Assembly: GCF_013122565.1 (NCBI RefSeq)
Contig: NZ_CP053258.1
DNA from: Escherichia coli
Lineage (GTDB): Bacteria > Pseudomonadota > Gammaproteobacteria > Enterobacterales > Enterobacteriaceae
DNA: 64,000 nt
Reading direction: 5' to 3' (one strand)
In this document: piece after piece, positions 1-11,131 of the stretch
How positions within the stretch are numbered: the stretch's first letter is position 1
How the letters are laid out: each line of letters starts with the position of its first letter
The notes under the pieces: model-generated
What the model was told of the DNA's origin: nothing
Seen by the model: only the letters and a program-made list of their open reading frames with translations
The model's database searches: none
Made by a program: the position numbers and the translations under genes

Positions 1-1109
1 GCGCGGGGATTGCCGCATTTCGTACTGGCAACGCTCCGGCTATTTTGCAGGTTTATGAAGTTGGCACCGCCACCATGATGGCATCCAAAGCCATTAAACC
101 GGTATATGACGTGTTTAAAGAGGCGGGGATTCAATTCGATGAGTCGCAGTTTGTGCCGACGGTTTCCGGTTACTACTCCGACAGCAAAACGGGCCACTTA
201 CTCTCCCAGCCGTTCAACAGCTCGACTCCCGTTCTCTATTACAACAAAGACGCCTTCAAGAAAGCGGGGTTAGACCCGGAACAGCCGCCGAAAACCTGGC
301 AGGATCTGGCGGACTATGCCGCAAAACTGAAAGCCTCCGGAATGAAGTGCGGCTACGCCAGCGGCTGGCAGGGCTGGATCCAACTGGAAAACTTTAGCGC
401 CTGGAACGGTCTGCCGTTTGCCAGCAAAAACAACGGCTTTGACGGCACGGATGCGGTGCTGGAGTTCAACAAGCCGGAGCAGGTGAAACACATCGCCATG
501 CTCGAAGAGATGAACAAGAAGGGCGATTTCAGCTACGTCGGGCGTAAGGATGAATCCACCGAGAAGTTCTATAACGGTGATTGCGCGATGACCACCGCCT
601 CTTCCGGTTCTCTCGCTAATATTCGTGAGTACGCCAAATTTAACTATGGCGTAGGCATGATGCCTTACGACGCCGATGCGAAAGATGCACCGCAAAACGC
701 CATTATCGGCGGGGCCAGCCTGTGGGTGATGCAGGGCAAAGATAAAGAAACGTATACCGGCGTGGCGAAGTTCCTCGACTTCCTCGCGAAGCCAGAAAAC
801 GCTGCCGAGTGGCATCAGAAAACCGGTTATCTGCCAATCACCAAAGCAGCGTATGACCTGACCCGTGAGCAGGGCTTTTATGAGAAAAACCCAGGGGCGG
901 ATACCGCGACGCGTCAGATGCTGAACAAGCCGCCGTTGCCGTTCACCAAAGGGCTGCGTCTGGGCAACATGCCGCAGACCCGCGTGATTGTGGATGAAGA
1001 GCTGGAGAGCGTGTGGACCGGTAAGAAGACACCACAGCAGGCACTGGATACCGCCGTTGAGCGTGGGAACCAGTTACTGCGCCGCTTTGAGCAGTCTACG
1101 AAGTCTTAA
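1..1109 (+). CDS. ugpB: sn-glycerol-3-phosphate ABC transporter periplasmic binding protein, 5'-truncated by the window edge
   Basis: ORF 45..1109 translation recognised as the UgpB C-terminal region; reading frame is open to the window start; followed by ugpAECQ. Confidence 0.9.
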   Translation, partial: AGIAAFRTGNAPAILQVYEVGTATMMASKAIKPVYDVFKEAGIQFDESQFVPTVSGYYSDSKTGHLLSQPFNSSTPVLYYNKDAFKKAGLDPEQPPKTWQDLADYAAKLKASGMKCGYASGWQGWIQLENFSAWNGLPFASKNNGFDGTDAVLEFNKPEQVKHIAMLEEMNKKGDFSYVGRKDESTEKFYNGDCAMTTASSGSLANIREYAKFNYGVGMMPYDADAKDAPQNAIIGGASLWVMQGKDKETYTGVAKFLDFLAKPENAAEWHQKTGYLPITKAAYDLTREQGFYEKNPGADTATRQMLNKPPLPFTKGLRLGNMPQTRVIVDEELESVWTGKKTPQQALDTAVERGNQLLRRFEQSTKS

Positions 1110-1117
1110 TCAGTGTA

Positions 1118-1188
1118 ATGTCGGATGCGTTTCGCTTATCTGACCTGGCATCGCGTGTAGGCCGGATAAGCGAAGCGCATCCGGCACA
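1118..1188. repeat. REP/BIME-type palindromic repeats in the ugpB-ugpA intergenic region
   Basis: Inverted REP-like units seen directly, e.g. gccggataagcgaagcgcatccggca. Confidence 0.6.
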
Positions 1189-1206
1189 GTTCAGGAATTA
1201 ACCGTA

Positions 1207-2094
1207 ATGTCATCATCCCGTCCGGTGTTCCGCTCGCGCTGGCTGCCTTATCTGCTGGTCGCGCCGCAGCTCATCATCACCGTTATCTTTTTTATCTGGC
1301 CTGCGGGCGAAGCGTTGTGGTACTCGCTGCAAAGCGTCGATCCGTTTGGTTTCTCCAGCCAGTTTGTCGGCCTGGATAACTTCGTCGCGCTGTTTCATGA
1401 CAGCTACTATATCGACTCCTTCTGGACGACGATAAAATTCAGCACCTTTGTCACCGTCAGCGGTTTGCTGGTGTCACTGTTCTTCGCGGCGTTGGTGGAG
1501 TACATCGTGCGCGGCAGCCGTTTCTATCAAACCTTGATGCTGCTGCCGTATGCCGTGGCTCCCGCCGTTGCTGCCGTATTGTGGATCTTCCTGTTTAACC
1601 CCGGTCGCGGGCTGATCACCCATTTTCTCGCTGAGTTCGGCTACGACTGGAACCACGCGCAAAACAGCGGTCAGGCAATGTTTCTGGTGGTGTTTGCCTC
1701 GGTGTGGAAGCAAATCAGCTACAACTTTCTGTTCTTCTATGCCGCGCTGCACTCCATTCCCCGTTCGTTGATTGAAGCCGCAGCTATTGACGGCGCAGGG
1801 CCGATTCGCCGCTTCTTTAAGATTGCTCTGCCGCTTATCGCTCCGGTGAGTTTCTTCCTGCTGGTGGTGAACCTGGTGTACGCCTTCTTCGACACCTTCC
1901 CGGTGATCGACGCCGCCACGTCCGGCGGGCCGGTTCAGGCCACCACTACGCTGATTTATAAGATCTACCGCGAAGGCTTTACCGGACTGGATCTGGCTTC
2001 GTCTGCCGCGCAGTCGGTGGTGTTGATGTTCCTCGTCATCGTGCTGACGGTGGTGCAGTTCCGCTATGTTGAAAGCAAGGTGCGTTACCAATGA
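1207..2094 (+). CDS. ugpA: sn-glycerol-3-phosphate ABC transporter permease
   Basis: 295-aa polytopic membrane protein with the ABC permease EAA-type loop; position in the ugp operon. Confidence 0.92.
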
Positions 2095-2936
2095 TTGAGA
2101 ACCGTCCATGGCTGACAATATTCAGCCATACCATGCTGATCCTCGGGATCGCGGTGATCCTCTTCCCGCTGTACGTGGCGTTTGTCGCGGCGACGCTGGA
2201 TAAACAGGCCGTCTACGCCGCGCCGATGACGCTAATCCCCGGCACGCATCTGCTGGAAAACATCCACAACATCTGGGTAAACGGGGTAGGCACGAATAGT
2301 GCGCCGTTCTGGCGGATGTTACTTAACAGCTTCGTGATGGCGTTCAGCATCACGCTCGGCAAAATTACCGTCTCGATGCTCTCGGCATTTGCCATTGTCT
2401 GGTTTCGTTTTCCACTACGTAACCTCTTCTTCTGGATGATTTTTATCACCCTGATGTTGCCGGTTGAAGTACGTATCTTCCCGACGGTGGAAGTCATCGC
2501 CAACCTGAAGATGCTCGACAGCTACGCAGGTTTAACGCTGCCGCTGATGGCCTCGGCGACCGCGACGTTTCTTTTCCGCCAGTTCTTTATGACCCTACCG
2601 GATGAACTGGTGGAAGCCGCGCGGATCGACGGCGCGTCGCCAATGCGCTTCTTTTGCGACATCGTTTTTCCGTTGTCCAAAACTAATCTGGCGGCGTTGT
2701 TTGTGATCACCTTTATTTACGGCTGGAACCAGTATTTGTGGCCGTTGTTGATTATTACCGACGTGGATCTCGGCACCACCGTGGCAGGGATCAAAGGGAT
2801 GATCGCCACTGGCGAAGGCACCACAGAATGGAACTCGGTGATGGCTGCGATGTTGTTAACGCTGATCCCTCCGGTGGTGATTGTTTTAGTGATGCAGCGT
2901 GCCTTCGTGCGCGGCCTGGTCGATAGTGAGAAATAA
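2091..2936 (+). CDS. ugpE: sn-glycerol-3-phosphate ABC transporter permease
   Basis: 281-aa membrane permease; 4-nt overlap with ugpA. Confidence 0.92.
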
Positions 2937-2937
2937 G

Positions 2938-4008
2938 ATGGCAGGACTGAAATTACAGGCAGTAACCAAAAGCTGGGATGGCAAAACCCAGGTGATTAAA
3001 CCGCTGACCCTTGATGTGGCGGATGGCGAATTTATCGTGATGGTCGGGCCGTCTGGCTGCGGGAAATCGACGCTGCTGCGCATGGTTGCCGGGCTGGAGC
3101 GGGTGACCGAAGGCGATATCTGGATCGACCGCAAGCGTGTCACCGAAATGGAGCCGAAAGATCGCGGGATTGCGATGGTGTTCCAGAACTACGCGCTTTA
3201 TCCGCATATGAGTGTTGAAGAAAACATGGCGTGGGGGCTGAAAATTCGCGGCATGGGCAAGCAGCAAATTGCCGAACGGGTTAAAGAAGCGGCGCGTATT
3301 CTGGAGCTGGACGGCCTGCTCAAACGTCGCCCGCGCGAGCTATCTGGCGGTCAGCGCCAGCGTGTGGCGATGGGCCGCGCGATTGTGCGCGATCCGGCGG
3401 TGTTCTTGTTTGATGAGCCGCTCTCTAACCTCGATGCCAAGCTGCGCGTGCAGATGCGTCTTGAACTGCAACAGCTGCACCGTCGCCTGAAAACGACTTC
3501 ACTCTACGTTACTCATGATCAGGTTGAGGCGATGACGCTCGCCCAGCGAGTAATGGTGATGAACGGCGGCGTTGCCGAACAGATTGGCACGCCAGTGGAA
3601 GTTTACGAAAAGCCCGCCAGCCTGTTTGTAGCGAGTTTTATCGGCAGTCCGGCGATGAACCTGCTGACAGGCCGCGTGAATAATGAAGGCACGCATTTCG
3701 AACTGGACGGCGGTATTGTGCTGCCGCTAAACGGTGGCTACCGTCAGTATGCCGGGCGTAAAATGACTCTCGGCATTCGCCCGGAACATATAGCGCTAAG
3801 CTCGCAGGCAGAAGGTGGTGTGCCGCTGGTGATGGACACGCTGGAGATCCTCGGCGCTGATAACCTGGCGCACGGACGCTGGGGCGAACAGAAGCTGGTG
3901 GTACGGCTGGCGCATCAGGAGCGCCCGACGGCAGGCAGCACGCTGTGGCTGCATCTGGCGGAAAATCAGCTGCATCTTTTTGATGGTGAAACAGGACAAC
4001 GAGTATGA
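2938..4008 (+). CDS. ugpC: sn-glycerol-3-phosphate ABC transporter ATP-binding protein
   Basis: Walker [13 protein letters not shown] signature LSGGQRQR, Walker [11 protein letters not shown]. Start taken at MAGLKLQ (2938) rather than the longer ORF start 2899. Confidence 0.92.
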   Translation: MAGLKLQAVTKSWDGKTQVIKPLTLDVADGEFIVMVGPSGCGKSTLLRMVAGLERVTEGDIWIDRKRVTEMEPKDRGIAMVFQNYALYPHMSVEENMAWGLKIRGMGKQQIAERVKEAARILELDGLLKRRPRELSGGQRQRVAMGRAIVRDPAVFLFDEPLSNLDAKLRVQMRLELQQLHRRLKTTSLYVTHDQVEAMTLAQRVMVMNGGVAEQIGTPVEVYEKPASLFVASFIGSPAMNLLTGRVNNEGTHFELDGGIVLPLNGGYRQYAGRKMTLGIRPEHIALSSQAEGGVPLVMDTLEILGADNLAHGRWGEQKLVVRLAHQERPTAGSTLWLHLAENQLHLFDGETGQRV

Positions 4009-4748
4009 GTAACTGGCCTTATCCCCGCATCGTCGCTCATCGTGGCGGCGGTAAGCTGGCCCCCGAAAACACCCTGGCGGCAATCGACGTCGGGGCAAAA
4101 TACGGTCATAAGATGATCGAATTTGACGCGAAGTTATCGAAAGATGGCGAGATCTTTCTGCTCCATGATGACAACCTCGAACGCACCAGCAACGGCTGGG
4201 GCGTCGCGGGTGAACTGAACTGGCAGGATTTACTGCGCGTGGATGCGGGCAGTTGGTACAGCAAAGTGTTTAAAGGTGAGCCGCTGCCGTTGCTTTCGCA
4301 GGTGGCGGAACGCTGTCGTGAACACGGGATGATGGCGAATATCGAAATCAAACCCACCACTGGCACTGGACCATTAACGGGCAAAATGGTGGCGCTGGCG
4401 GCACGCGAACTGTGGGGCGGTATGACGCCGCCGCTGCTGTCATCGTTCGAAATTGATGCTTTAGAAGCCGCACAGCTGGCGGCACCGGAACTGCCGCGTG
4501 GTTTATTGCTTGATGAATGGCGCGACGACTGGCGAGAACTGACCGCGCGGCTGGGCTGCGTCTCTATTCATCTCAATCATAAGTTACTCGATAAAGCGCG
4601 AGTGATGCAGTTGAAAGACGCCGGATTACGGATTCTGGTTTATACCGTCAATAAACCCCAGCGCGCGGCAGAGTTGCTGCGCTGGGGCGTGGATTGCATC
4701 TGTACCGATGCGATTGACGTGATTGGTCCGAACTTTACGGCCCAATAG
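4005..4748 (+). CDS. ugpQ: glycerophosphodiester phosphodiesterase
   Basis: 247-aa GDPD-family protein (HRGG motif near the N-terminus); overlaps the ugpC stop. Confidence 0.9.
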
Positions 4749-5175
4749 TTTTCAACGGAATGTCAGGCTGCGGCGTGCTGGGCTGATTCAGCATGTCGCC
4801 GTTTCTCCTCTCCGGCAGCATATGCTGCTGATTCAACGAACTATCCGGATTACGGTTGCTGTTTAACATCCCGCCGTTGGTGTTGGGCAGCATTTGCTGC
4901 CGGGCGGGATTTCGCTCCCCCGGCTGTGACTGCAACACCCGCTGAGAATTATTGTTTATCTGGTTTTCTAAATGCTGCTGTTGCAACTGAGTTTGCGTTT
5001 TCAGTTGCTGATTCAGCATCCCTTTTTGCTGGATTTGCTGCGTTTGCATCTGGGTTTGCATCCGCTGCTGGCTGGGGATCTGATATCCCGGCTGGTTGGG
5101 GTTATTCAGAGTATTAATGGGCTGTGCAAAGCCGACAAACGGCAGGAGTGCCGTAAGAATCAGAAGTCGTTTCAT
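4735..5175 (-). CDS. yhhA: Gln-rich secreted protein YhhA (DUF2756-like)
   Basis: 146 aa with signal peptide and Q/N-rich low-complexity body; conserved position between ugpQ and ggt. Confidence 0.8.
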
Positions 5176-5294
5176 CGCGTATCCTCCTCTGAAGATATCC
5201 TTTAAGTTTACTCGCTTCCCGACAAAACGATGATTAATTCAGAGTTATATACCAGGCTTAGCTGGGGTTGCCCCTTAATCTCTGGAGAATAACG

Positions 5295-7037
5295 ATGATA
5301 AAACCGACGTTTTTACGCCGGGTGGCCATTGCTGCTCTGCTCTCAGGAAGTTGTTTTAGCGCCGCCGCCGCGCCTCCTCCGCCACCTGTTTCTTATGGCG
5401 TGGAGGAAGATGTCTTCCATCCGGTACGCGCGAAACAGGGGATGGTGGCGTCTGTCGATGCCACTGCCACCCAAGTGGGGGTAGATATTCTAAAGGAGGG
5501 CGGGAATGCCGTTGATGCTGCCGTGGCAGTGGGCTACGCGCTGGCGGTAACGCATCCGCAAGCAGGGAATCTGGGCGGTGGTGGTTTTATGCTGATCCGC
5601 TCGAAAAATGGCAACACCACGGCTATCGATTTCCGCGAAATGGCACCCGCCAAAGCGACCCGCGATATGTTCCTCGATGATCAGGGCAACCCGGACAGCA
5701 AAAAATCACTCACTTCGCATCTGGCTTCCGGCACGCCCGGTACGGTAGCAGGTTTCTCGCTGGCGTTGGATAAATACGGCACCATGCCGTTGAACAAAGT
5801 GGTGCAACCGGCGTTTAAACTGGCACGCGATGGTTTTATCGTTAACGACGCGCTGGCTGACGATCTCAAAACCTACGGCAGTGAAGTGCTGCCGAATCAC
5901 GAAAACAGCAAGGCTATCTTCTGGAAAGAGGGCGAACCGCTGAAAAAGGGCGACACGCTGGTGCAGGCGAACCTGGCAAAGAGCCTGGAGATGATTGCTG
6001 AAAACGGCCCGGACGAATTCTATAAAGGCACGATTGCGGAACAGATCGCCCAGGAGATGCAGAAAAACGGTGGCTTGATCACTAGAGAAGATTTAGCGGC
6101 CTATAAAGCGGTGGAACGTACACCGATTAGCGGCGAATATCGCGGGTATCAGGTTTACTCGATGCCACCGCCATCTTCCGGTGGGATTCATATCGTGCAG
6201 ATCCTCAATATCCTGGAAAACTTCGATATGAAGAAATACGGCTTTGGCAGTGCCGACGCGATGCAAATCATGGCAGAAGCCGAGAAATATGCCTACGCCG
6301 ACCGCTCGGAATATCTTGGCGACCCGGATTTTGTCAAAGTCCCGTGGCAGGCGTTGACCAATAAAGCCTATGCCAAATCTATTGCCGATCAAATAGATAT
6401 CAATAAAGCGAAGCCATCCAGCGAAATTCGTCCTGGCAAGCTTGCGCCTTATGAGAGTAATCAAACTACCCATTACTCAGTGGTGGATAAAGACGGTAAC
6501 GCGGTGGCGGTGACCTATACGCTGAACACCACCTTCGGTACGGGCATTGTCGCGGGCGAGAGCGGTATTCTGCTTAATAACCAGATGGATGATTTCTCCG
6601 CCAAACCGGGCGTACCGAACGTTTACGGGCTGGTGGGCGGTGATGCCAACGCCGTCGGGCCGAATAAACGCCCGCTGTCATCGATGTCACCAACCATTGT
6701 GGTGAAAGACGGTAAAACCTGGTTAGTGACTGGTAGCCCAGGCGGTAGCCGGATCATCACTACCGTGCTGCAAATGGTGGTGAATAGCATCGATTATGGT
6801 ATGAATGTCGCCGAAGCGACCAATGCACCGCGTTTCCACCATCAATGGTTGCCGGACGAGCTGCGTGTCGAAAAAGGGTTTAGCCCGGATACGCTCAAGC
6901 TGCTGGAAGCAAAAGGTCAGAAAGTGGCGCTGAAAGAGGCGATGGGCAGTACACAAAGCATTATGGTTGGGCCGGACGGTGAGTTGTACGGCGCATCCGA
7001 CCCGCGCTCGGTGGATGATTTAACGGCGGGTTATTAA
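5295..7037 (+). CDS. ggt: gamma-glutamyltranspeptidase
   Basis: 580-aa protein from MIKPTFLRR with signal peptide; GGT family; autoprocessing Thr in the QTTHYSVVD region. Confidence 0.93.
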   Translation: MIKPTFLRRVAIAALLSGSCFSAAAAPPPPPVSYGVEEDVFHPVRAKQGMVASVDATATQVGVDILKEGGNAVDAAVAVGYALAVTHPQAGNLGGGGFMLIRSKNGNTTAIDFREMAPAKATRDMFLDDQGNPDSKKSLTSHLASGTPGTVAGFSLALDKYGTMPLNKVVQPAFKLARDGFIVNDALADDLKTYGSEVLPNHENSKAIFWKEGEPLKKGDTLVQANLAKSLEMIAENGPDEFYKGTIAEQIAQEMQKNGGLITREDLAAYKAVERTPISGEYRGYQVYSMPPPSSGGIHIVQILNILENFDMKKYGFGSADAMQIMAEAEKYAYADRSEYLGDPDFVKVPWQALTNKAYAKSIADQIDINKAKPSSEIRPGKLAPYESNQTTHYSVVDKDGNAVAVTYTLNTTFGTGIVAGESGILLNNQMDDFSAKPGVPNVYGLVGGDANAVGPNKRPLSSMSPTIVVKDGKTWLVTGSPGGSRIITTVLQMVVNSIDYGMNVAEATNAPRFHHQWLPDELRVEKGFSPDTLKLLEAKGQKVALKEAMGSTQSIMVGPDGELYGASDPRSVDDLTAGY

Positions 7038-7041
7038 TATC

Positions 7042-7075
7042 TTAAGCCCTCTCCCGGTAGGTGAGGGCTTAAATG
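7042..7075 (+). terminator. hairpin terminator after ggt
   Basis: Inverted repeat aagccctctcccggtaggtgagggctt immediately after the ggt stop. Confidence 0.55.
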
Positions 7076-7097
7076 ACAAACTTAGATTGCAAATTAT

Positions 7098-7586
7098 CTA
7101 TTTCACCCGCGCCATATAATACGCATCGACATATTCACCATTACGAAAAGCGTAATTTTTGCCGGTGCCTTCTATGTGAAATCCCAATTTTTTATAGACT
7201 GTGATTGCCGGGGCGTTATCCGCAAACACCGTCAACTCAATACGATCTATCCGTAACCAGTTGTCGCACATTTCAATCAATTCGCGGATCAGGGCGCTGG
7301 CGATGCCGCGGTTGTGCCAGCGGGAGTCAACACAGATACCAAAAGTTGCAACATGACTGCGGCGTGGGCCTTGATAAGCCTCAATGAAAAGATGACCCAC
7401 TACGATGCCATCAATGCAGGCAACCAGTTGTTTAAAACCTTGGCGATCTTTCAATCTTTCTGGCCACCAGCCTTCCGAAGGATGAGGTAGTTGTAGCGTG
7501 TTGCAATACACCTCCGGCTGGGCGTGAATCTGCCTGATGGCCTCGTAATCGCGCGTTTCAGCATGGCGTATCACTATCTCACTCAT
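7098..7586 (-). CDS. yhhY: GNAT-family N-acetyltransferase YhhY
   Basis: 162-aa protein from MSEIVIRHAETRDYEAI; the ORF-track N-terminal extension (to 7664) was rejected. Confidence 0.85.
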   Translation of the reverse strand: MSEIVIRHAETRDYEAIRQIHAQPEVYCNTLQLPHPSEGWWPERLKDRQGFKQLVACIDGIVVGHLFIEAYQGPRRSHVATFGICVDSRWHNRGIASALIRELIEMCDNWLRIDRIELTVFADNAPAITVYKKLGFHIEGTGKNYAFRNGEYVDAYYMARVK

Positions 7587-7683
7587 TCCTTTGTCCTCTT
7601 TGGGGTAAATGTCCCTTTCAACATCATTGACTTTCAAATGCGAGTCAAATGCATTTTTTTGCAAAAAGTGTTGGACAAGTGCG

Positions 7684-7703
7684 AATGAGAATGATTATTA
7701 TTG
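7684..7703 (+). promoter_or_regulatory. Fur box in the ryhB promoter
   Basis: aatgagaatgattattattg resembles the Fur consensus GATAATGATAATCATTATC and lies immediately 5' of ryhB. Confidence 0.7.
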
Positions 7704-7707
7704 TCTC

Positions 7708-7797
7708 GCGATCAGGAAGACCCTCGCGGAGAACCTGAAAGCACGACATTGCTCACATTGCTTCCAGTATTACTTAGCCAGCCGGGTGCTGGCTTTT
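7708..7797 (+). ncRNA. ryhB: small regulatory RNA RyhB (iron-sparing, Fur-repressed, Hfq-dependent)
   Basis: Sequence gcgatcaggaagaccctcgcggagaacctgaaagcacgacattgctcacattgcttccagtattacttagccagccgggtgctggc followed by a T-run is recognised as RyhB; it lies in the yhhY-yhhX intergenic region with an intrinsic terminator hairpin at its 3' end. Confidence 0.9.
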
Positions 7798-7918
7798 TTT
7801 TTGATCTTTCGTTCTCAATTTATCCACGGGAGTGCTTGTGTTCGTTATGCGCACTCCAGTAGGAACCACGTCCGCTTTGCGCTAAGGTGTAAATAACCAC
7901 CTTAAAAAGGACGAAATC

Positions 7919-8956
7919 ATGGTCATCAACTGCGCCTTTATTGGCTTCGGCAAAAGCACCACCCGTTACCATCTGCCGTATGTACTTAACCGCAAGGATA
8001 GCTGGCATGTCGCGCATATTTTTCGCCGCCATGCAAAGCCGGAAGAACAAGCTCCCATTTACTCTCATATCCATTTCACCAGCGATCTCGACGAAGTGCT
8101 AAACGATCCCGATGTTAAGCTGGTTGTTGTCTGCACCCATGCGGACAGCCACTTCGAGTACGCGAAGCGCGCGCTGGAAGCCGGGAAAAATGTGCTGGTC
8201 GAAAAACCGTTCACCCCGACGCTTGCCCAGGCGAAAGAGCTGTTTGCTCTGGCGAAAAGTAAAGGGCTGACCGTCACGCCATATCAGAATCGTCGCTTTG
8301 ATTCCTGCTTCCTGACGGCGAAAAAAGCGATTGAAAGCGGCAAGCTGGGAGAGATTGTCGAAGTGGAAAGCCATTTTGACTATTACCGCCCGGTGGCAGA
8401 AACCAAACCTGGGCTGCCGCAGGATGGCGCGTTCTATGGCCTTGGTGTGCATACGATGGACCAGATTATTTCTCTGTTCGGTCGCCCGGATCACGTCGCT
8501 TATGACATCCGCAGCCTGCGTAATAAAGCCAATCCTGACGACACCTTTGAAGCGCAGCTGTTTTATGGCGACCTGAAAGCCATCGTCAAAACCAGCCATC
8601 TGGTGAAAATCGATTATCCGAAATTTATCGTTCACGGTAAGAAAGGTTCGTTTATTAAATACGGTATCGACCAGCAGGAAACCAGCCTGAAGGCTAATAT
8701 TATGCCGGGCGAACCGGGATTCGCAGCGGATGATTCGGTCGGTGTGCTGGAGTATGTCAATGACGAGGGTGTGACGGTCAGAGAAGAGATGAAGCCAGAG
8801 ATGGGCGATTACGGGCGCGTTTATGATGCGTTGTATCAAACCATCACCAACGGTGCGCCAAATTACGTCAAGGAATCTGAAGTTCTTACCAATCTGGAAA
8901 TCCTTGAACGCGGATTCGAGCAAGCCTCTCCCTCCACAGTGACTCTCGCGAAGTAA
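7919..8956 (+). CDS. yhhX: Gfo/Idh/MocA-family NAD(P)-dependent oxidoreductase
   Basis: 345 aa; N-terminal Rossmann motif AFIGFGKS; conserved position. Confidence 0.85.
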   Translation: MVINCAFIGFGKSTTRYHLPYVLNRKDSWHVAHIFRRHAKPEEQAPIYSHIHFTSDLDEVLNDPDVKLVVVCTHADSHFEYAKRALEAGKNVLVEKPFTPTLAQAKELFALAKSKGLTVTPYQNRRFDSCFLTAKKAIESGKLGEIVEVESHFDYYRPVAETKPGLPQDGAFYGLGVHTMDQIISLFGRPDHVAYDIRSLRNKANPDDTFEAQLFYGDLKAIVKTSHLVKIDYPKFIVHGKKGSFIKYGIDQQETSLKANIMPGEPGFAADDSVGVLEYVNDEGVTVREEMKPEMGDYGRVYDALYQTITNGAPNYVKESEVLTNLEILERGFEQASPSTVTLAK

Positions 8957-9078
8957 GTTTGATGGCCCCTCGAATAGTTCAATTTTTTTGAACAGAGGGG
9001 TCAATTTTCACCCTCTATCATCCCAGGCAGATCGGGTCCACACTAAGCCCATCGAAATCATTCAGGGGGCGAATACAA

Positions 9079-9774
9079 ATGATCTACTTACGCAAAGCAA
9101 ATGAACGTGGTCATGCAAATCATGGCTGGCTGGACTCCTGGCATACTTTCTCTTTTGCCAACTATTACGATCCGAACTTTATGGGCTTCTCCGCGCTGCG
9201 CGTGATTAACGACGACGTGATTGAAGCAGGACAGGGCTTCGGCACTCACCCGCATAAAGATATGGAGATTTTGACCTACGTGCTGGAAGGTACTGTTGAG
9301 CATCAGGACAGCATGGGCAATAAAGAGCAGGTTCCGGCGGGTGAGTTCCAGATTATGAGTGCGGGTACGGGTATTCGTCACTCAGAGTACAACCCAAGCA
9401 GCACCGAGCGTCTGCATCTGTATCAGATCTGGATCATGCCTGAAGAAAACGGTATTACGCCGCGTTATGAACAGCGTCGCTTCGATGCCGTACAGGGCAA
9501 ACAGCTGGTGCTCTCGCCGGATGCGCGAGATGGTTCATTGAAAGTGCATCAGGATATGGAACTGTATCGTTGGGCGTTGCTGAAAGATGAGCAGTCGGTG
9601 CATCAGATTGCCGCTGAACGCCGCGTCTGGATCCAGGTGGTGAAAGGCAATGTCACCATTAACGGCGTGAAAGCCTCGACCAGCGATGGTCTGGCAATCT
9701 GGGATGAGCAGGCGATCTCCATCCATGCGGATAGCGACAGCGAAGTGTTACTGTTCGATCTGCCGCCGGTTTAA
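9079..9774 (+). CDS. yhhW: pirin-like quercetin 2,3-dioxygenase
   Basis: 231 aa; cupin metal-binding His motifs (HPHKDME...); conserved position upstream of gntR. Confidence 0.88.
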   Translation: MIYLRKANERGHANHGWLDSWHTFSFANYYDPNFMGFSALRVINDDVIEAGQGFGTHPHKDMEILTYVLEGTVEHQDSMGNKEQVPAGEFQIMSAGTGIRHSEYNPSSTERLHLYQIWIMPEENGITPRYEQRRFDAVQGKQLVLSPDARDGSLKVHQDMELYRWALLKDEQSVHQIAAERRVWIQVVKGNVTINGVKASTSDGLAIWDEQAISIHADSDSEVLLFDLPPV

Positions 9775-9997
9775 AACTCAACGGCATCTTTGAAGCCTGC
9801 CTTTTTGCAGGCTTCCTCGCTCGCTCCGGTCGCGTGCTGATGTACGCTTCCGGGGTTTTGCCGCGTCGTTAGCACAATGCGATGCAATTGATTTAGTGTA
9901 TATCTAATAATTGTAAACAAGCACTGTTTTCCCCGGGAAGGTTCTGATGCGTCCGTGTTAAACTAAGAGAATCTATCTCTTTTGTACCTTCAGGACG

Positions 9998-10993
9998 ATG
10001 AAAAAGAAAAGACCCGTACTTCAGGATGTGGCTGACCGTGTAGGCGTGACCAAAATGACGGTCAGCCGTTTTTTACGCAACCCGGAGCAGGTTTCCGTCG
10101 CTCTACGCGGCAAGATTGCCGCCGCTCTTGATGAACTGGGCTATATTCCCAATCGTGCGCCCGATATCCTCTCTAACGCCACCAGCCGGGCGATTGGCGT
10201 CCTGTTACCTTCTCTCACCAACCAGGTTTTCGCGGAAGTATTACGCGGAATCGAAAGCGTCACCGACGCGCACGGTTATCAGACCATGCTGGCGCACTAC
10301 GGTTATAAACCGGAAATGGAGCAAGAACGCCTCGAATCCATGCTCTCATGGAATATCGACGGCCTGATCCTCACCGAACGTACCCACACGCCGCGCACCT
10401 TAAAGATGATTGAAGTGGCGGGTATTCCCGTGGTGGAACTGATGGACAGCAAGTCGCCATGCCTCGATATTGCCGTCGGTTTTGATAACTTTGAAGCAGC
10501 ACGCCAGATGACCACTGCCATTATTGCTCGCGGGCATCGCCACATTGCCTATCTCGGCGCACGTCTCGACGAACGTACTATCATCAAACAGAAGGGGTAC
10601 GAACAGGCGATGCTGGATGCAGGTCTGGTGCCGTATAGCGTGATGGTTGAGCAATCTTCTTCTTATTCTTCCGGTATTGAACTGATTCGCCAGGCGCGGC
10701 GGGAATATCCGCAGCTGGATGGCGTGTTCTGTACCAACGATGACCTGGCGGTCGGCGCGGCGTTTGAATGTCAACGTCTGGGGTTGAAAGTTCCTGACGA
10801 TATGGCGATTGCCGGTTTCCACGGTCATGACATTGGTCAGGTGATGGAGCCACGACTGGCGAGCGTGCTTACGCCGCGTGAGCGGATGGGCAGTATTGGC
10901 GCTGAACGCCTGCTGGCGCGTATTCGTGGCGAATCTGTGACACCGAAAATGTTAGATTTAGGTTTCACCTTGTCACCGGGCGGATCTATTTAA
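9998..10993 (+). CDS. gntR: gluconate repressor, LacI family
   Basis: 331 aa; N-terminal helix-turn-helix VTKMTVSRFLRN plus periplasmic-binding-like fold. Confidence 0.92.
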   Translation: MKKKRPVLQDVADRVGVTKMTVSRFLRNPEQVSVALRGKIAAALDELGYIPNRAPDILSNATSRAIGVLLPSLTNQVFAEVLRGIESVTDAHGYQTMLAHYGYKPEMEQERLESMLSWNIDGLILTERTHTPRTLKMIEVAGIPVVELMDSKSPCLDIAVGFDNFEAARQMTTAIIARGHRHIAYLGARLDERTIIKQKGYEQAMLDAGLVPYSVMVEQSSSYSSGIELIRQARREYPQLDGVFCTNDDLAVGAAFECQRLGLKVPDDMAIAGFHGHDIGQVMEPRLASVLTPRERMGSIGAERLLARIRGESVTPKMLDLGFTLSPGGSI

Positions 10994-11072
10994 GCCCACA
11001 AATTTGAAGTAGCTCACACTTATACACTTAAGGCACGGATGGATATTGCTTCTGATATTGTCCGGCCGGACA

Positions 11073-11101
11073 ATGTTACCGATAACAGTTACCAGTAACA
11101 T
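11073..11101 (+). promoter_or_regulatory. GntR operator upstream of gntKU
   Basis: Near-palindrome atgttaccgataacagttaccagtaacat, matching the GntR operator type (ATGTTAC...GTAACAT). Confidence 0.75.
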
Positions 11102-11131
11102 TTTTAATTCTTGTATTGTGGGGGCACCACT

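Noticed and set aside
2899-2937. Longer N-terminal extensions in the ORF track for ugpC, ggt (5268), yhhY (7664), asd (17212), glgC (22786), glpD (36784), glpE (36935), glpR (38126), gntX (54739), feoB (59159), greB (62778), ompR (62955)
   Set aside because: The recognised mature N-termini begin at internal Met codons; the extensions overlap upstream genes or lack a Shine-Dalgarno sequence.
4760-5170. Possible tandem DNA repeat array (repetitive cag/ctg-rich sequence)
   Set aside because: It is the coding sequence of the Gln-rich protein YhhA, not a non-coding repeat or CRISPR array.
8099-9004. 301-aa minus-strand ORF
   Set aside because: Lies entirely antisense within yhhX; no recognisable domains; shadow ORF of a GC-rich gene.
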